Positions 20,432-30,611 of a stretch of 64,000 nt of DNA are shown here, piece by piece. Location of the stretch: positions 8,164 to 72,163 of the forward strand of contig JAHQWA010000396.1 of assembly GCA_019634045.1 (NCBI GenBank), read 5' to 3'. Under the pieces are notes generated by a model. It was not told the DNA's origin. It worked only from the letters and a program-made list of their open reading frames with translations, and searched no databases. The DNA comes from Saprospiraceae bacterium. GTDB taxonomy: Bacteria; Bacteroidota; Bacteroidia; Chitinophagales; Saprospiraceae. Within the stretch, counting starts at the first letter, position 1; every line of letters begins with the position of its first letter. A program made the translations under genes and the position numbers.

Positions 20432-21680
20432 ATTGTTGGAGTACCCAATCCAGCAAAGGGTCTTTAGCCTGGGCATAGTCCTCGAAGCGTAAAGCCAGGG
20501 GAATATCCAGGGGAGGAAGTTTATCTGTTCCCTTGTCGGGCCAGTGGACAATTAATCGATTGGTGTAGGATATCCTCAATTTAGAATGGGGTAACTCCAT
20601 CACCTCACTATTTTGTGACCCATTAGGCTTACTTCTGGAATGCTCCCCGACAATCGTAACCTTGGCATCTCGCTTTAAGAAAAGAGTAGTAGCGCTAGCT
20701 GCTGAAAAAGTCACGCGGCTTGTAAAAATAAAAATCTTATCAGGCTGATTTAACCACGAACGCTTCAGGATGCCTTTGATCAACGGTTTACTGAGATTGT
20801 AGTTTCCTCCTCTATTGTGCCGCATATCAATGATTAACTTGCTTGGTCGAATGCGATCTATTTCAGCGAACATACTTTTAGTAAAGGAAGCAATACTCTT
20901 CTCTCCTTTTTGATTCCTAACTCGATTGTATTTGAAGTAAAAAATGTTGCTTTCTTCTAGATAAGTATGCCAGTAGGATTTGGTGTGATTCTGCAGGTAA
21001 AGGGGAGGAGAAAGATTCTTCAAATCTTTAACATTCTTCCATTCTATTTTTTGATAATCCTGGATTGTTATCCCATCAATTGCGACCGCTCCACCATCAG
21101 CTAATTGTAGCTGTACAGTATTCGGTGCACTTGTAATACCAAGTTCAAATAGAAGACGTGGTGCGAGCATATAAATGGGGGCCATATGTATTGTCTCCAT
21201 CTTATTATCTGCAGGCATAATTGGAAGGAGCCGTTGGAACACATCCTCTATCCCTACTCCATCGATAGAAAGTACCTTCTTGCCCAGCAAGTCTTGATGA
21301 TCACTACTGGTATTGAAAATGTACAGGTCTTTGCCAAAAAAGTAAAAATTAATGGGTAATCGATTAAAGTCTACTGCCGTTTGCATGAGATCCAATTCTG
21401 TGTGCCCATCTTGCTGAGTAGCTAAGGTTTTGCCCAATTCCACGGCTAACTTTTCGTTGGATAGTTGCCCTACTTGTTTCTTTAATTTTTGTAATCCGTC
21501 AAACAGCAATGGGGTCAAATTAGCATCTGGATTTTTAAATTGTTTCTTCAATTTGTTTTCCAAATACTGCAAATCTTCCTGCCATTGAACGGGAGTCATT
21601 TCCTGAATTTGCGCCCGTAAGCCTATACATAACAACAAGCTAGTTATGATGAGTAATGCCTTGTGCAGTCGAGTGATCAT
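20430..21680 (-). CDS. Peptidase S41-family protein (no PDZ domain recognised)
   Basis: The signal peptide is …LCIGLRA/QIQ. IIDMRHNRGGN matches the S41 DxRxNxGG motif, and TFSAASATT matches the Ser-nucleophile region. Confidence 0.6.
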   Translation of the reverse strand: MITRLHKALLIITSLLLCIGLRAQIQEMTPVQWQEDLQYLENKLKKQFKNPDANLTPLLFDGLQKLKKQVGQLSNEKLAVELGKTLATQQDGHTELDLMQTAVDFNRLPINFYFFGKDLYIFNTSSDHQDLLGKKVLSIDGVGIEDVFQRLLPIMPADNKMETIHMAPIYMLAPRLLFELGITSAPNTVQLQLADGGAVAIDGITIQDYQKIEWKNVKDLKNLSPPLYLQNHTKSYWHTYLEESNIFYFKYNRVRNQKGEKSIASFTKSMFAEIDRIRPSKLIIDMRHNRGGNYNLSKPLIKGILKRSWLNQPDKIFIFTSRVTFSAASATTLFLKRDAKVTIVGEHSRSKPNGSQNSEVMELPHSKLRISYTNRLIVHWPDKGTDKLPPLDIPLALRFEDYAQAKDPLLDWVLQQ

Positions 21681-21763
21681 AAGTTTTTGCTTGCATATTC
21701 CTGAAAGTCTTCATCAGAACCAACTCATGACCAATATTTCGAGTACTGGTTGATCGGGAAGTA

Positions 21764-22897
21764 CTAAGAAATGTACTTATGGCGGTATTGTAGAGGGGTT
21801 AAGCCGGTTTCCTTTTTAAAGGCCGAATAGAAGGCCGATTTTGATCCATACCCTAGATTGTAGGCTAAATATTCCATTTTAGGGATATCAGCATTGTGTG
21901 CCAATTGAGTTTTAGCTTCTTTCATGCGATAATCATGGATCAACTCAAAGAACTTCATTTGTAAGCCTTCGTTAATCAATTGAGAAGTAAGGTGAGGAGA
22001 AAGGCGCAAATGATCGGCTAATTGGGCGAGACTATAGGATCGTTGTAAGAATGGCTTTTCCTGTTCAAACAATAATTGCAGTTGTTCAATCTTTCTTTGA
22101 CGCAAGCTCGCTTGCAGGCCCGATTTGCGATATCTAGCTTTTGGTTTGCCAAAGTAATCCCCATTTTTCAGCATCAATATAGACAGGGTGTAAACCAATA
22201 CAGAGCCAAAAAGCTTGGGAAAATAATCAGGTAACAAGGTGGAATAAATATTCACACCATTAATTACGCCTCCTTCTGATAACAGCATAATTAGTCCCGC
22301 AAAGGCCAGTATGCAGCTCAGAAAAAGCAATCGTAGCTGTTGTTTCCCCGATGCTCTTTTCCCGATTAGAATCCAAGTGAATACCCCATAACTCAATAGG
22401 TGTAGACTAGCCCCCTCTACAATTATCCACCCTTGTACGCCCCATGGATCTGTTTGCCAAATGGGAAAGACTCTTTCCATTGGTACATGGGCATGAAATT
22501 GTGCTAGCAAAGCGTAAATTTTATACTGTGCGGGTTGTAAAAAGAAGAAGAAGGAATAGCCGAAATACAATAGTGCCGGCAGAAAATGGAACCACAGGCT
22601 GGAGCTTTCCTTTTGACGCGTCGAACTAAGAAAATACCACCAAACAAAAGGACCTAAGGTAAGTAAGGCTGGGGCAGAAACATTCAATAAATGAGGGGTA
22701 TAGATCAGGTAACCAGTCTGAATCAAAAAGGTCTCTGTTTGCAATAACAGGAGTGCAAGGAATAAACCTATTAGAGCTTGCTGGCCTGCCCATTTGGGTT
22801 TAGTCCACAAGACAAACAACAACCCTAAACACTGAAGTATTCCACAGAGGATCAGGGTAGATAACCAATCTAACTCAGCTTGAAAAGTTTCCATCAT
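21764..22897 (-). CDS. AraC-family transcriptional regulator with a polytopic membrane N-terminal domain
   Basis: Roughly 7 hydrophobic helices occupy the first 240 aa. The C-terminal AraC HTH reads LAQLADHLRLSPHLTSQLIN … LGYGSKSAFYSAFKKETGLTPLQYR. Confidence 0.8.
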   Translation of the reverse strand: MMETFQAELDWLSTLILCGILQCLGLLFVLWTKPKWAGQQALIGLFLALLLLQTETFLIQTGYLIYTPHLLNVSAPALLTLGPFVWWYFLSSTRQKESSSLWFHFLPALLYFGYSFFFFLQPAQYKIYALLAQFHAHVPMERVFPIWQTDPWGVQGWIIVEGASLHLLSYGVFTWILIGKRASGKQQLRLLFLSCILAFAGLIMLLSEGGVINGVNIYSTLLPDYFPKLFGSVLVYTLSILMLKNGDYFGKPKARYRKSGLQASLRQRKIEQLQLLFEQEKPFLQRSYSLAQLADHLRLSPHLTSQLINEGLQMKFFELIHDYRMKEAKTQLAHNADIPKMEYLAYNLGYGSKSAFYSAFKKETGLTPLQYRHKYIS

Positions 22898-22953
22898 CCC
22901 TTAAAGGACGGTCTTTGTGCAAGAGAAGTTGCAGCTATCTTAAGGAATATGGC

Positions 22954-24303
22954 CTATAGTAACTTCGCAATCCCGTATACTCCAACTAAGATGATGGACA
23001 CAACACTCAGCCAAAAGAAAAGATCATACATTTTGCTCGGTCGGAAAGAAGCTGGCGTTTCTCTATATCTGAAATATAAAGCGGCAAAAACAACCATAAA
23101 GAGGATGAGGGAACCAACAATCCCGCCTGTCAATACCATAAATACTGGCATTTCGATAAAGAGGAAAAATGCCCCCCAAAGTACTGGAAAGACCCAAGCC
23201 AAAGTAGCTATAGACCGTTGGCGCTGCTGCAAATCAAAAAAGTCAATCCAGCCAATTTGTCCAAAGACGTCCGAAAATTGACGCGTCCAGGCGGCTAAAG
23301 CGGCAAATAGGGTAGAAAACAGGACAATAAAGGATCCGAGCATAAAGGCGGTCTTCGCCCCGGCCCCCAAACTTTCTGTATATAAACTAGATAAGGTCTC
23401 TACCATTTGGTAGCCTTCCGGCACTTCTCCTTGTGCATGAAGTACCGCTGCACCCAGTAAATAGAAAGCTGCCGTAACCAAGGTATATACTATCATTGCC
23501 AAAATGGCATCTAGATACATGACATTCATCCACCCCTTAGCCCTTGCTTCATAATCGGCACTTTGCTCCGGTGGCCCGGTCTTCGCTGCATACCCTTTTT
23601 CTAAACACCAATAGGTATAGGCAATAATTTCATCTCCCCCTACTCCGGTAATTCCAAATGCACCAAAGGCTACAGCTACGGCTTCTTTCGGCAGATTGAA
23701 GCCTAAACCCGCCTGCACATCTTCCCACTGAATGGCGTAGGGAGTGCTATTAAGAAAGAATAAGGAAACAAAGGTAAAGATCGTGAAGACCGCGATCATG
23801 ATTAGAGAAAACTTTTCAATAAAACTGTAGTACCCCCGAAAGATCATCAGGGAAACCACCACCGCTATAACGCCAACCCAGATCCACAAAGGCAGAGCAG
23901 GAAAGGTTAAATGTAGGATAATTGCTACACCTCCTAGCACTCCCCCAACCTGAAGGATTTTTACCACCATCAAAAAGAAGAATAGCCAAATCGCCCATTT
24001 GGCCTTCCCAAACTTTGGCCCCGGCAAACGGTTGAAAGCCTGCATGGCTGTTTCTCCCGTTAATATAGTATGCCGGCCGAATTCTAATTGCACCGCTACT
24101 TTTACTAAACAACTAATGATAATGACCCAAAAAGTAATGAACCCAGCTTGAGCCCCTAAGGTAGTGGTGGCTATGAGCTCTCCAGATCCAACAATAGATG
24201 CTGATAGTACAAAACCAGGGCCGAGAAATTTTAATTTATCACGAAAACGAACCGGAGGCGCGGCAATGCGCTCTTGGGTAAGCAAATAAGGATCTTGTTT
24301 CAT
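22954..24303 (-). CDS. Nramp-family divalent metal cation transporter
   Basis: The protein is an 11-12 TM polytopic membrane protein with the N-terminal motif KFLGPGFVLSASIVGSGELIATT, characteristic of Nramp/MntH-related carriers. Confidence 0.75.
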   Translation of the reverse strand: MKQDPYLLTQERIAAPPVRFRDKLKFLGPGFVLSASIVGSGELIATTTLGAQAGFITFWVIIISCLVKVAVQLEFGRHTILTGETAMQAFNRLPGPKFGKAKWAIWLFFFLMVVKILQVGGVLGGVAIILHLTFPALPLWIWVGVIAVVVSLMIFRGYYSFIEKFSLIMIAVFTIFTFVSLFFLNSTPYAIQWEDVQAGLGFNLPKEAVAVAFGAFGITGVGGDEIIAYTYWCLEKGYAAKTGPPEQSADYEARAKGWMNVMYLDAILAMIVYTLVTAAFYLLGAAVLHAQGEVPEGYQMVETLSSLYTESLGAGAKTAFMLGSFIVLFSTLFAALAAWTRQFSDVFGQIGWIDFFDLQQRQRSIATLAWVFPVLWGAFFLFIEMPVFMVLTGGIVGSLILFMVVFAALYFRYRETPASFRPSKMYDLFFWLSVVSIILVGVYGIAKLL

Positions 24304-24649
24304 AAAAGTTGGCTTATGCCAACGATAATACTAATTTCCTAGCGAAATTGAATCAATTCCGTTCTTTTTGATTTATTCCTTCAATCTTAAGTAAGTGAAA
24401 AGTCTACCTCCTAGCAGAAATTAATACCTGGGTACCTTGATAATACATGCAGAATAATGTAAATTGTAGAGAAATACGAAACTCCCCCCATTTTTTCGCT
24501 ATTCTTAGTCAAGCTGAGCAAAATCACACAATAAATCCTCACCTTTACTACTGCTAGTTATTAGCAGTTACCCCCTCATTTTTCGGAATATACAAACGTT
24601 TGGACACACTAAGGACAGATCTATTTTTTTGTCTAAATCGTTTGTTTAT

Positions 24650-26005
24650 ATGAAGAACTTTACAATTACTTCTAAGCTCCTTCTTATTTCATTGCTAGTA
24701 TCTTCCTTTGCTTGTAAGAAAGAAGGAATTAAAGAAGGGGGAATTGATTTTGATTTAAATCAATTGCTTGAAGAAGCCGCACCGAACGGCAGTACGTCCT
24801 TTTTTCGCTTACCCAATAGCGATGACTATAGCAGCATCCCACAAGATCCAAGGAACCCGATCACCACCAATAAGGTCGATCTTGGTCAAATGCTATTTCA
24901 CGAAACAGGCATCGCCCAAGCAGCCATGTTAGAAAGTGGTAAAGGCACCTATTCCTGTGCTTCCTGTCATTTTGCAGGGGCAGGATTTCAAGCTGGTCGG
25001 CATCAGGGCATAGGAGAAGGAGGTATAGGTTTTGGCAAGAATGGAGAGGGTAGAGTTGTAGCCCACCAGTATACCGAAGAGGACTTAGATGTCCAACCTA
25101 TCCGCACACCTTCGGCGATGAATGGTGCTTATCAGCGAGTTACACTTTGGAATGGACAATTTGGGTCAACAGGCATGAATCGAGATACCGAATATGCCTG
25201 GACAGAGGGCACTCCTATAGAAGCCAATCACTTGGGTTATGAGGGACTAGAAACACAAGCTATTGCCGGTCTCAAAGTCCATCGTTTGGAGATTAATCAA
25301 GCCTTAGTCGAATCTTTAGGGTACACACAGGCATTTGACCAAGCCTTCTCTGATGTTCCTCCTAGTGAAAGATACACTCGAGAAATGGCAGGCCTAGCTA
25401 TCGCTGCTTACGAACGTACCGTATTAGCTAACCAGGCTCCTTTTCAGGTATGGTTGAATGGGAAAGAAGATGCGATGTCCAGAAGCGAGAAATATGGGGC
25501 GATCCTGTTTTTTGGAAAGGCACAGTGTTTCAATTGTCATACTGGGCCCGCCCTCAATTCGATGGAGTTCTACGCTTTGGGGATGAATGATTTGGCTTCT
25601 ACTGCCCTGCCCACCATGGGTACTTCTCCTGGAGACAAAGCAAACTTAGGACGAGCGAGTTTCACCAATCGGCCGTGGGATTTCTATAAATTTAAAGTCC
25701 CACAATTATACAATTTAGCAGATTCGCCTTTCTACGGGCACGGAAGTAGTTTCACCTCAATTGAAGAGGTCCTGAACTATAAAAATCTTGCCGTACCTGA
25801 AAACGCTAACGTATTGAGCAGTCAACTTCCGAAAAACTTCCGTCCGCTTAATCTGTCTGAAGAAGAAATCGATCAACTGGTAACTTTCTTGGAAATTTCA
25901 CTAAGGGATCCAGACTTGGAAAGGTATCAACCGCCTCATATTCTATCAGGAAATTGCTTCCCTAACAATGATCAGCAGTCTGCACAGGATTTGGGCTGTA
26001 GATAG
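24650..26005 (+). CDS. Di-haem cytochrome c peroxidase family protein (CCP/MauG), lipoprotein
   Basis: Two CxxCH haem motifs are present (CASCH and CFNCH). The lipobox is LLVSSFAC. I prefer the ATG at 24650 over the TTG at 24629. Confidence 0.85.
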   Translation: MKNFTITSKLLLISLLVSSFACKKEGIKEGGIDFDLNQLLEEAAPNGSTSFFRLPNSDDYSSIPQDPRNPITTNKVDLGQMLFHETGIAQAAMLESGKGTYSCASCHFAGAGFQAGRHQGIGEGGIGFGKNGEGRVVAHQYTEEDLDVQPIRTPSAMNGAYQRVTLWNGQFGSTGMNRDTEYAWTEGTPIEANHLGYEGLETQAIAGLKVHRLEINQALVESLGYTQAFDQAFSDVPPSERYTREMAGLAIAAYERTVLANQAPFQVWLNGKEDAMSRSEKYGAILFFGKAQCFNCHTGPALNSMEFYALGMNDLASTALPTMGTSPGDKANLGRASFTNRPWDFYKFKVPQLYNLADSPFYGHGSSFTSIEEVLNYKNLAVPENANVLSSQLPKNFRPLNLSEEEIDQLVTFLEISLRDPDLERYQPPHILSGNCFPNNDQQSAQDLGCR

Positions 26006-26027
26006 AGAAGTCTTTTAAAATGAAAAA

Positions 26028-26058
26028 GGCATCGAAGGTCAGTATCCCCTTCGATGCC
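26028..26058. terminator. Bidirectional rho-independent terminator
   Basis: ggcatcgaagg-(9 nt)-ccttcgatgcc forms a perfect 11-bp stem. It is flanked by an A-run upstream and a T-run downstream, between convergent genes. Confidence 0.75.
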
Positions 26059-26082
26059 TTTTCTCTATATAGCTTATTCCGC

Positions 26083-26814
26083 TTAGTTATTTACGCCTTC
26101 GGGCTTTGCTTCTTCCATCGTTTCCTCTTCTTCTTCTTCCATTGGCTTCTCAACTTTGAAGTGAATCGGATGACGCTGGTTGAATTTAGCTATAAAAGGA
26201 AAGATCTCTTCTTTTTCTCGCTTATCTCTCTTTGTAAACTCTGTCAATAAAATGCCATCTTTCGCAATAATCTTTTCAAAGCTCTTGGCACTATACTTCA
26301 TCATCTTTCCCGTATTGAAGTCAAAAAGAAATTCCTTGGCTCCTTTTGGAGGAGGCGTGTATTCTGCCTCATCACCTTTGGCGGTCATGGCTGACATGTC
26401 AACACCTCCGCCTTTGCCATTGTCCTCAATAAAATAACAGATAGATCCTACTTTTGTCAATTGATAGATGTCCTTATATACGTTTTCGCCATCACTGTAG
26501 CCCCATAACTTCTTGGGCTTGATCTTAAAGGTCCGTCCTTCTGGATCAATACAGTCGATGCTTTTCTTTTTCATTTCTTGACTTAAAAAAGTCTTGGGAT
26601 CACTACCCTCTGGCTCGTAACCAATGATCCAATAGATTGGGATCGATGGTTCATTATTTTTCCAATCATTCAAAGAAGTATAAAGTCCAGGATCAAACTC
26701 AAACCCTTCTTCAAATTTGGACATATATTTTTCGATGACTTGTGTTTGCTGTGCGTTTATAGCTAGCGCGCTTAGGCATAAGAACAGGAATAAGGACAAT
26801 TCTTTTCTTGACAT
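26083..26814 (-). CDS. Hypothetical secreted protein with an acidic C-terminal tail
   Basis: The signal peptide is …LSALAINA/QQT. The C-terminus reads KPMEEEEEETMEEAKPEGVNN. I recognise no domain. Confidence 0.5.
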   Translation of the reverse strand: MSRKELSLFLFLCLSALAINAQQTQVIEKYMSKFEEGFEFDPGLYTSLNDWKNNEPSIPIYWIIGYEPEGSDPKTFLSQEMKKKSIDCIDPEGRTFKIKPKKLWGYSDGENVYKDIYQLTKVGSICYFIEDNGKGGGVDMSAMTAKGDEAEYTPPPKGAKEFLFDFNTGKMMKYSAKSFEKIIAKDGILLTEFTKRDKREKEEIFPFIAKFNQRHPIHFKVEKPMEEEEEETMEEAKPEGVNN

Positions 26815-27019
26815 ATTTCTATCTTTTTTGATTCTTTAACGTGGGGAAATCTTATTAAATTTTACGGTTATGTATCAGAAGCATTTTTTTTATGATTTTT
26901 TGTCAGCTTCTTGATGTATCAATGGGAAATCACCATTTTCATCATCTACAATACATAAACGTTTTTCTTAATACATTTGTCCCCCATCAAGACAGAAACC
27001 TTTCTGGAATTTTCTCCAT

Positions 27020-28114
27020 CTAGAAATTCACCAAGTTTGCAACGGGGTTTTTAGCTTCCTGCAAAACACAAAGAACGGTGCAAAAACCAACCGCTTTGAT
27101 GGCTGGTTCTGTGGTGCCATCTTCAAACTCATGGTCTATATATCTTAAGTACCAACTAAATTGGTTTTCCGGAATTTGATAGCTTTCAAAAATAGCCTGC
27201 ATCTCCTCCTGTTCATCCAACCATCGACGCTGCTCTTTCCAAGTTGAAATGGAGGGACGTTCAGCAATACTAGGATAGGTTACGGTCCATACAATTGGAA
27301 CCTTAAAAGTGTAGTGAAAGGCCTCTCCTTCATATGCTGCTTGTTGACGCTGTAAAGCCGCCTTCCAATCTACCTCTTCATCAGGGTACCTCCGCTGCAG
27401 CTGACGCACTAATTGACTGTCTTCAGGTCGGTTTCCAGTTCTGTAAAACGTATACCAATAATCAGCCAAAAACCGTTTAGGAAACCCATTTTGCTGTTGG
27501 TCAAAAACCACAAAGTAAGGAGAGGAAGTGAGTTCGGTTTCCACTCCAGCAGGAATAAAAGCGGCGCGAAGGGCCGTTAAAAGCCCTTCGTTCCGACCAA
27601 ATGCACAGCCATGAAAGACCATTTCTGTACACGCATCTACTACATTTTTATTGAGCGGAGGAAATACCCCCTGGCCAATGGCATTAGCCAGGGATACCTC
27701 CGTTGTTCGCTTACCTCCGGGGAGAGTCGGCACCCCCATTCCTGTCCATTCGTTGCTATGGAAAACCAAGTTGATCTTCCCCCATGGACGACCATTTCTA
27801 GGACTGTGTTGATTCAGGTAATTTCTCACAGCCAATAGGGATTGGCAAGTATCTATTACAAACTCCGTTTGGTCTTCAGGATGTTGACGGTAATACTGAT
27901 TCGCCTTTGTGAAGTAAGGGTTATTTCGGTCCTTGTCCTGTCCTAGAAGGAAGGTGATATCCTGTCTTTCAGTGTAGGGTATGGGTAATGTGGATAATTC
28001 ATTTTTCATTTGGTTTTTACGCCCTAACTGCGCCATCGACGGCTGGAATGACCAGACTAAAAATAAAATTAGGCTTCCCAATAGCAGGCTAAAGATTTGA
28101 AATGACCGTTTCAT
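27020..28114 (-). CDS. Hypothetical secreted protein, probably co-transcribed with the VIT-vWA gene
   Basis: The signal peptide is …FQPSMA/QLG. The gene starts 29 nt after the VIT-vWA stop. The motifs INLVFHS (His119) and EMVFHGCAFG (Cys170) are noted. I cannot name a domain. Confidence 0.55.
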   Translation of the reverse strand: MKRSFQIFSLLLGSLILFLVWSFQPSMAQLGRKNQMKNELSTLPIPYTERQDITFLLGQDKDRNNPYFTKANQYYRQHPEDQTEFVIDTCQSLLAVRNYLNQHSPRNGRPWGKINLVFHSNEWTGMGVPTLPGGKRTTEVSLANAIGQGVFPPLNKNVVDACTEMVFHGCAFGRNEGLLTALRAAFIPAGVETELTSSPYFVVFDQQQNGFPKRFLADYWYTFYRTGNRPEDSQLVRQLQRRYPDEEVDWKAALQRQQAAYEGEAFHYTFKVPIVWTVTYPSIAERPSISTWKEQRRWLDEQEEMQAIFESYQIPENQFSWYLRYIDHEFEDGTTEPAIKAVGFCTVLCVLQEAKNPVANLVNF

Positions 28115-28143
28115 GATGCTGTGCTTACTTTGTTAGAAAATGT

Positions 28144-30387
28144 CTACTTCGAGTAACCCTCCTGAGCTTTCAATGTGAATGCTAGGGTAATTTGCTGAGT
28201 ATGGAAGCAGCTAAAGAGATAGTGTTTCTCCAAAGAAACCTGCAAACACTTCGTCAGCGCCTCATCCCCATTGACCACCTCCACACTCAGGATTCTGCCC
28301 AGAACATCTAGCGTTATAGCCATTTCAATGGTATCAAGCTGGCCAGCAATTGGACACAGGGACAATTGATCTAAATAAGTCTGTAGCTCCTCTTGTAGCA
28401 GTTGGTCTACGGACTGCCCTAATCCACTTTGGGTCTTTTGAACGGTTAATTTCAGAGGGCGTGCCTTAGGGGCCTTGTTTTTTCTTACTACACCTTCAAT
28501 GGCTACATCAAATCCTATTGCTGTATTCTCTACACCTGAGGGTAGTGGTAGGGCCTGTTTGACACTCACGATCTCACCATCTTCGTTCTTCACAACCTCA
28601 TTATCTACAGCAATAAAGGAAGTATAGGCTGTCATCAAGTTATAATCTAGTCCTAGCTGCGTGACTTCAGCAATGCGTTCATCGGAATATGAGACTTGGT
28701 TGTAGTCATCTAAGAGGCGAATTTTTTCTCTTGCCCAGAGATAGCGCAAAGCTCCGTTTTTTCGGGATGGGCGATATTCCTCTACGTCAAATACTTTTTC
28801 GAATGCGCCAGTACCTGTATGACCCTTGATCCGAATTTTCCCTTTAGGTTCACCTTTATATTTACCAAATACTAAGATGGGGCGATCGGCTAGAACATCC
28901 GGTACGCTAGAAGGTTGTATATCATAGGCTTCAAATCCTTCGAAAGCAATGTTCACTTGGGATAACACGGGTTGACTAATGTACTGCCGAAAAGCTTCCG
29001 CCTTTTCATGCGCGCCTTCCGGTGCTGTAATGATTAATGGTTCTCCCATTCCGACGTGGGCCATGCCTTCCAATAGGTGCCTGTTGACTCCTGCTCCGAT
29101 ACCAAAGGTGAACAGATTGGCTTCGTTTAGACGGTTGCGGATGAGGTCAAAGGTTTCTTGCTCTACACTAATGTATCCATCGGTTACGACTACCATAGAA
29201 CGAGATAGATCATCAGCAAAACGTGGCATGGCTAGGGCCTTTTGCATAGCGGGCAAAAGACGTGTTCCACCACCACCATATTGTCGGTTAATCACGCTAA
29301 TTGCCTTGTCAATATTCTCTTCCGTAGCAGCAATTGACTCCTCGGCTAGCCAGCCAGCGTTTCCGGAAAATAAGAGGACGTTGAAGCGGTCGCTGGGGCG
29401 CAAACCTACAATAAGATTTCTCAACAGCTTTTTGGATATATTCAACGGAAAGCCTCTCATTGAACCGGAAACATCAACAATAAAGATGTACTCTCTGGCT
29501 GGGATATGCTTTGGGATCACTCTTTTCGGAGGTTGAACCATAGTGAGAAAATAATTCTCTCCTTTATGTTCGTACAGTAGCATACCTGATTCGATCTCTC
29601 CACCAGTCAATTGGTATTGCAGAATAAAATCACGGTTTCCTCCATTCTTTTCTGATTTGTCCAAGGCAATTTCAGCGGCTTTCTGGCCTTCATAGCTGAT
29701 GCCTACTTTATGGGTTGTAGATGTGATATTCTGGATCGGAAGGCCGGCCGATAGGTAGATATCTATGTCAAAATCATATAAAGGGGCTTCTCCAGACTTT
29801 TGATAGGGATTAGCTACAAATTGAGCCTCCGCTCCGGAGGATTCATTATAGCGAGGGCCAACTACCGTTGGGTATACAAATTCATATATTCCATTTTCAG
29901 GAACGAGCATTTCGGTGTACTTCAATACGACTTCAATACGGTCACCTGACATTAGATTGGCCACATTCATTTGAAAAACGTTTGGACGTTCTTGCTCTAG
30001 TAAAGAAACTCGTTTCCCGTCCGCCTTGGCCTGCTCGTATTCCGCTTTGGCTTGATTTTTTTCTTTGATCTCAGCCTGTATCGTACGATTCCCAATCTTC
30101 ATTACCATATCATAAACGGCAGCGCGGGTTGAAGCTGGGAACACATAAATCGCCTCAATCGGCTTTTGTCCATCGTTTTTATAGACTTGAGTAATCGTGA
30201 CATCTGCAATCACTCCTGCAATATTTACATCTGCGGAAGTCGACAAAAGTGGCAATTGATCCACTCCTTGTTGGCCGCCAACAATCATGAAGTAAGGAGA
30301 AAGTGTTTTATCTTCTTTTTGCGTGTCTTGTGCTAAAATGGGATTCAGTAGCAATACCATAAGTATGACTATCCAGGATGTTTTCAT
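28144..30387 (-). CDS. VIT domain plus von Willebrand factor A domain protein
   Basis: The signal peptide is …NPILA/QDT. A VIT-like N-terminal part (LLSTSADVNIAGVIADVTITQVYKN) is followed by a vWA MIDAS motif (DVSGSM) with downstream VVVTDG. Confidence 0.85.
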   Translation of the reverse strand: MKTSWIVILMVLLLNPILAQDTQKEDKTLSPYFMIVGGQQGVDQLPLLSTSADVNIAGVIADVTITQVYKNDGQKPIEAIYVFPASTRAAVYDMVMKIGNRTIQAEIKEKNQAKAEYEQAKADGKRVSLLEQERPNVFQMNVANLMSGDRIEVVLKYTEMLVPENGIYEFVYPTVVGPRYNESSGAEAQFVANPYQKSGEAPLYDFDIDIYLSAGLPIQNITSTTHKVGISYEGQKAAEIALDKSEKNGGNRDFILQYQLTGGEIESGMLLYEHKGENYFLTMVQPPKRVIPKHIPAREYIFIVDVSGSMRGFPLNISKKLLRNLIVGLRPSDRFNVLLFSGNAGWLAEESIAATEENIDKAISVINRQYGGGGTRLLPAMQKALAMPRFADDLSRSMVVVTDGYISVEQETFDLIRNRLNEANLFTFGIGAGVNRHLLEGMAHVGMGEPLIITAPEGAHEKAEAFRQYISQPVLSQVNIAFEGFEAYDIQPSSVPDVLADRPILVFGKYKGEPKGKIRIKGHTGTGAFEKVFDVEEYRPSRKNGALRYLWAREKIRLLDDYNQVSYSDERIAEVTQLGLDYNLMTAYTSFIAVDNEVVKNEDGEIVSVKQALPLPSGVENTAIGFDVAIEGVVRKNKAPKARPLKLTVQKTQSGLGQSVDQLLQEELQTYLDQLSLCPIAGQLDTIEMAITLDVLGRILSVEVVNGDEALTKCLQVSLEKHYLFSCFHTQQITLAFTLKAQEGYSK

Positions 30388-30611
30388 GTCTGTGCTTTTG
30401 GAATTAATAAATTGTTGTGTCGATTCAAAAGTACAGGCAGAAGTGCCCTAAAAGCCAAGCCGTTTGAGAATTCGTGGGTGGGTATCGAGTATTCGTAATC
30501 TAGCTTGAAGAAAGTCCACATAGGAGGGAAGAATGTAACGAATGTGGGGGTATCTGGATAAAGACTTGATATTAATAACCCGAATTTTCATCTCCTTAAA
30601 AAAATCAAACA

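Noticed and set aside
22880-23281. A 133-aa plus-strand ORF overlapping the 3' part of the Nramp gene and the AraC gene start
   Set aside because: It is antisense to the Nramp CDS and has a basic, low-complexity translation. I consider it spurious.
24304-24649. A possible Mn-sensing (yybP-ykoY-like) riboswitch in the Nramp 5' region (GGGGGGAG… and GGAGGTAGAC-like strings on the minus strand)
   Set aside because: The region has only loose resemblance to short conserved stretches. I could not build the four-helix architecture by eye. That riboswitch class typically controls exporters rather than importers. An Infernal search would be needed before any claim.
28979-29536. A 185-aa ORF on the plus strand inside the VIT-vWA gene
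   Set aside because: It is entirely antisense to a CDS with strong domain evidence. Its sequence is Ser/Arg/Pro-rich and low-complexity with no motifs, as expected for a shadow ORF.
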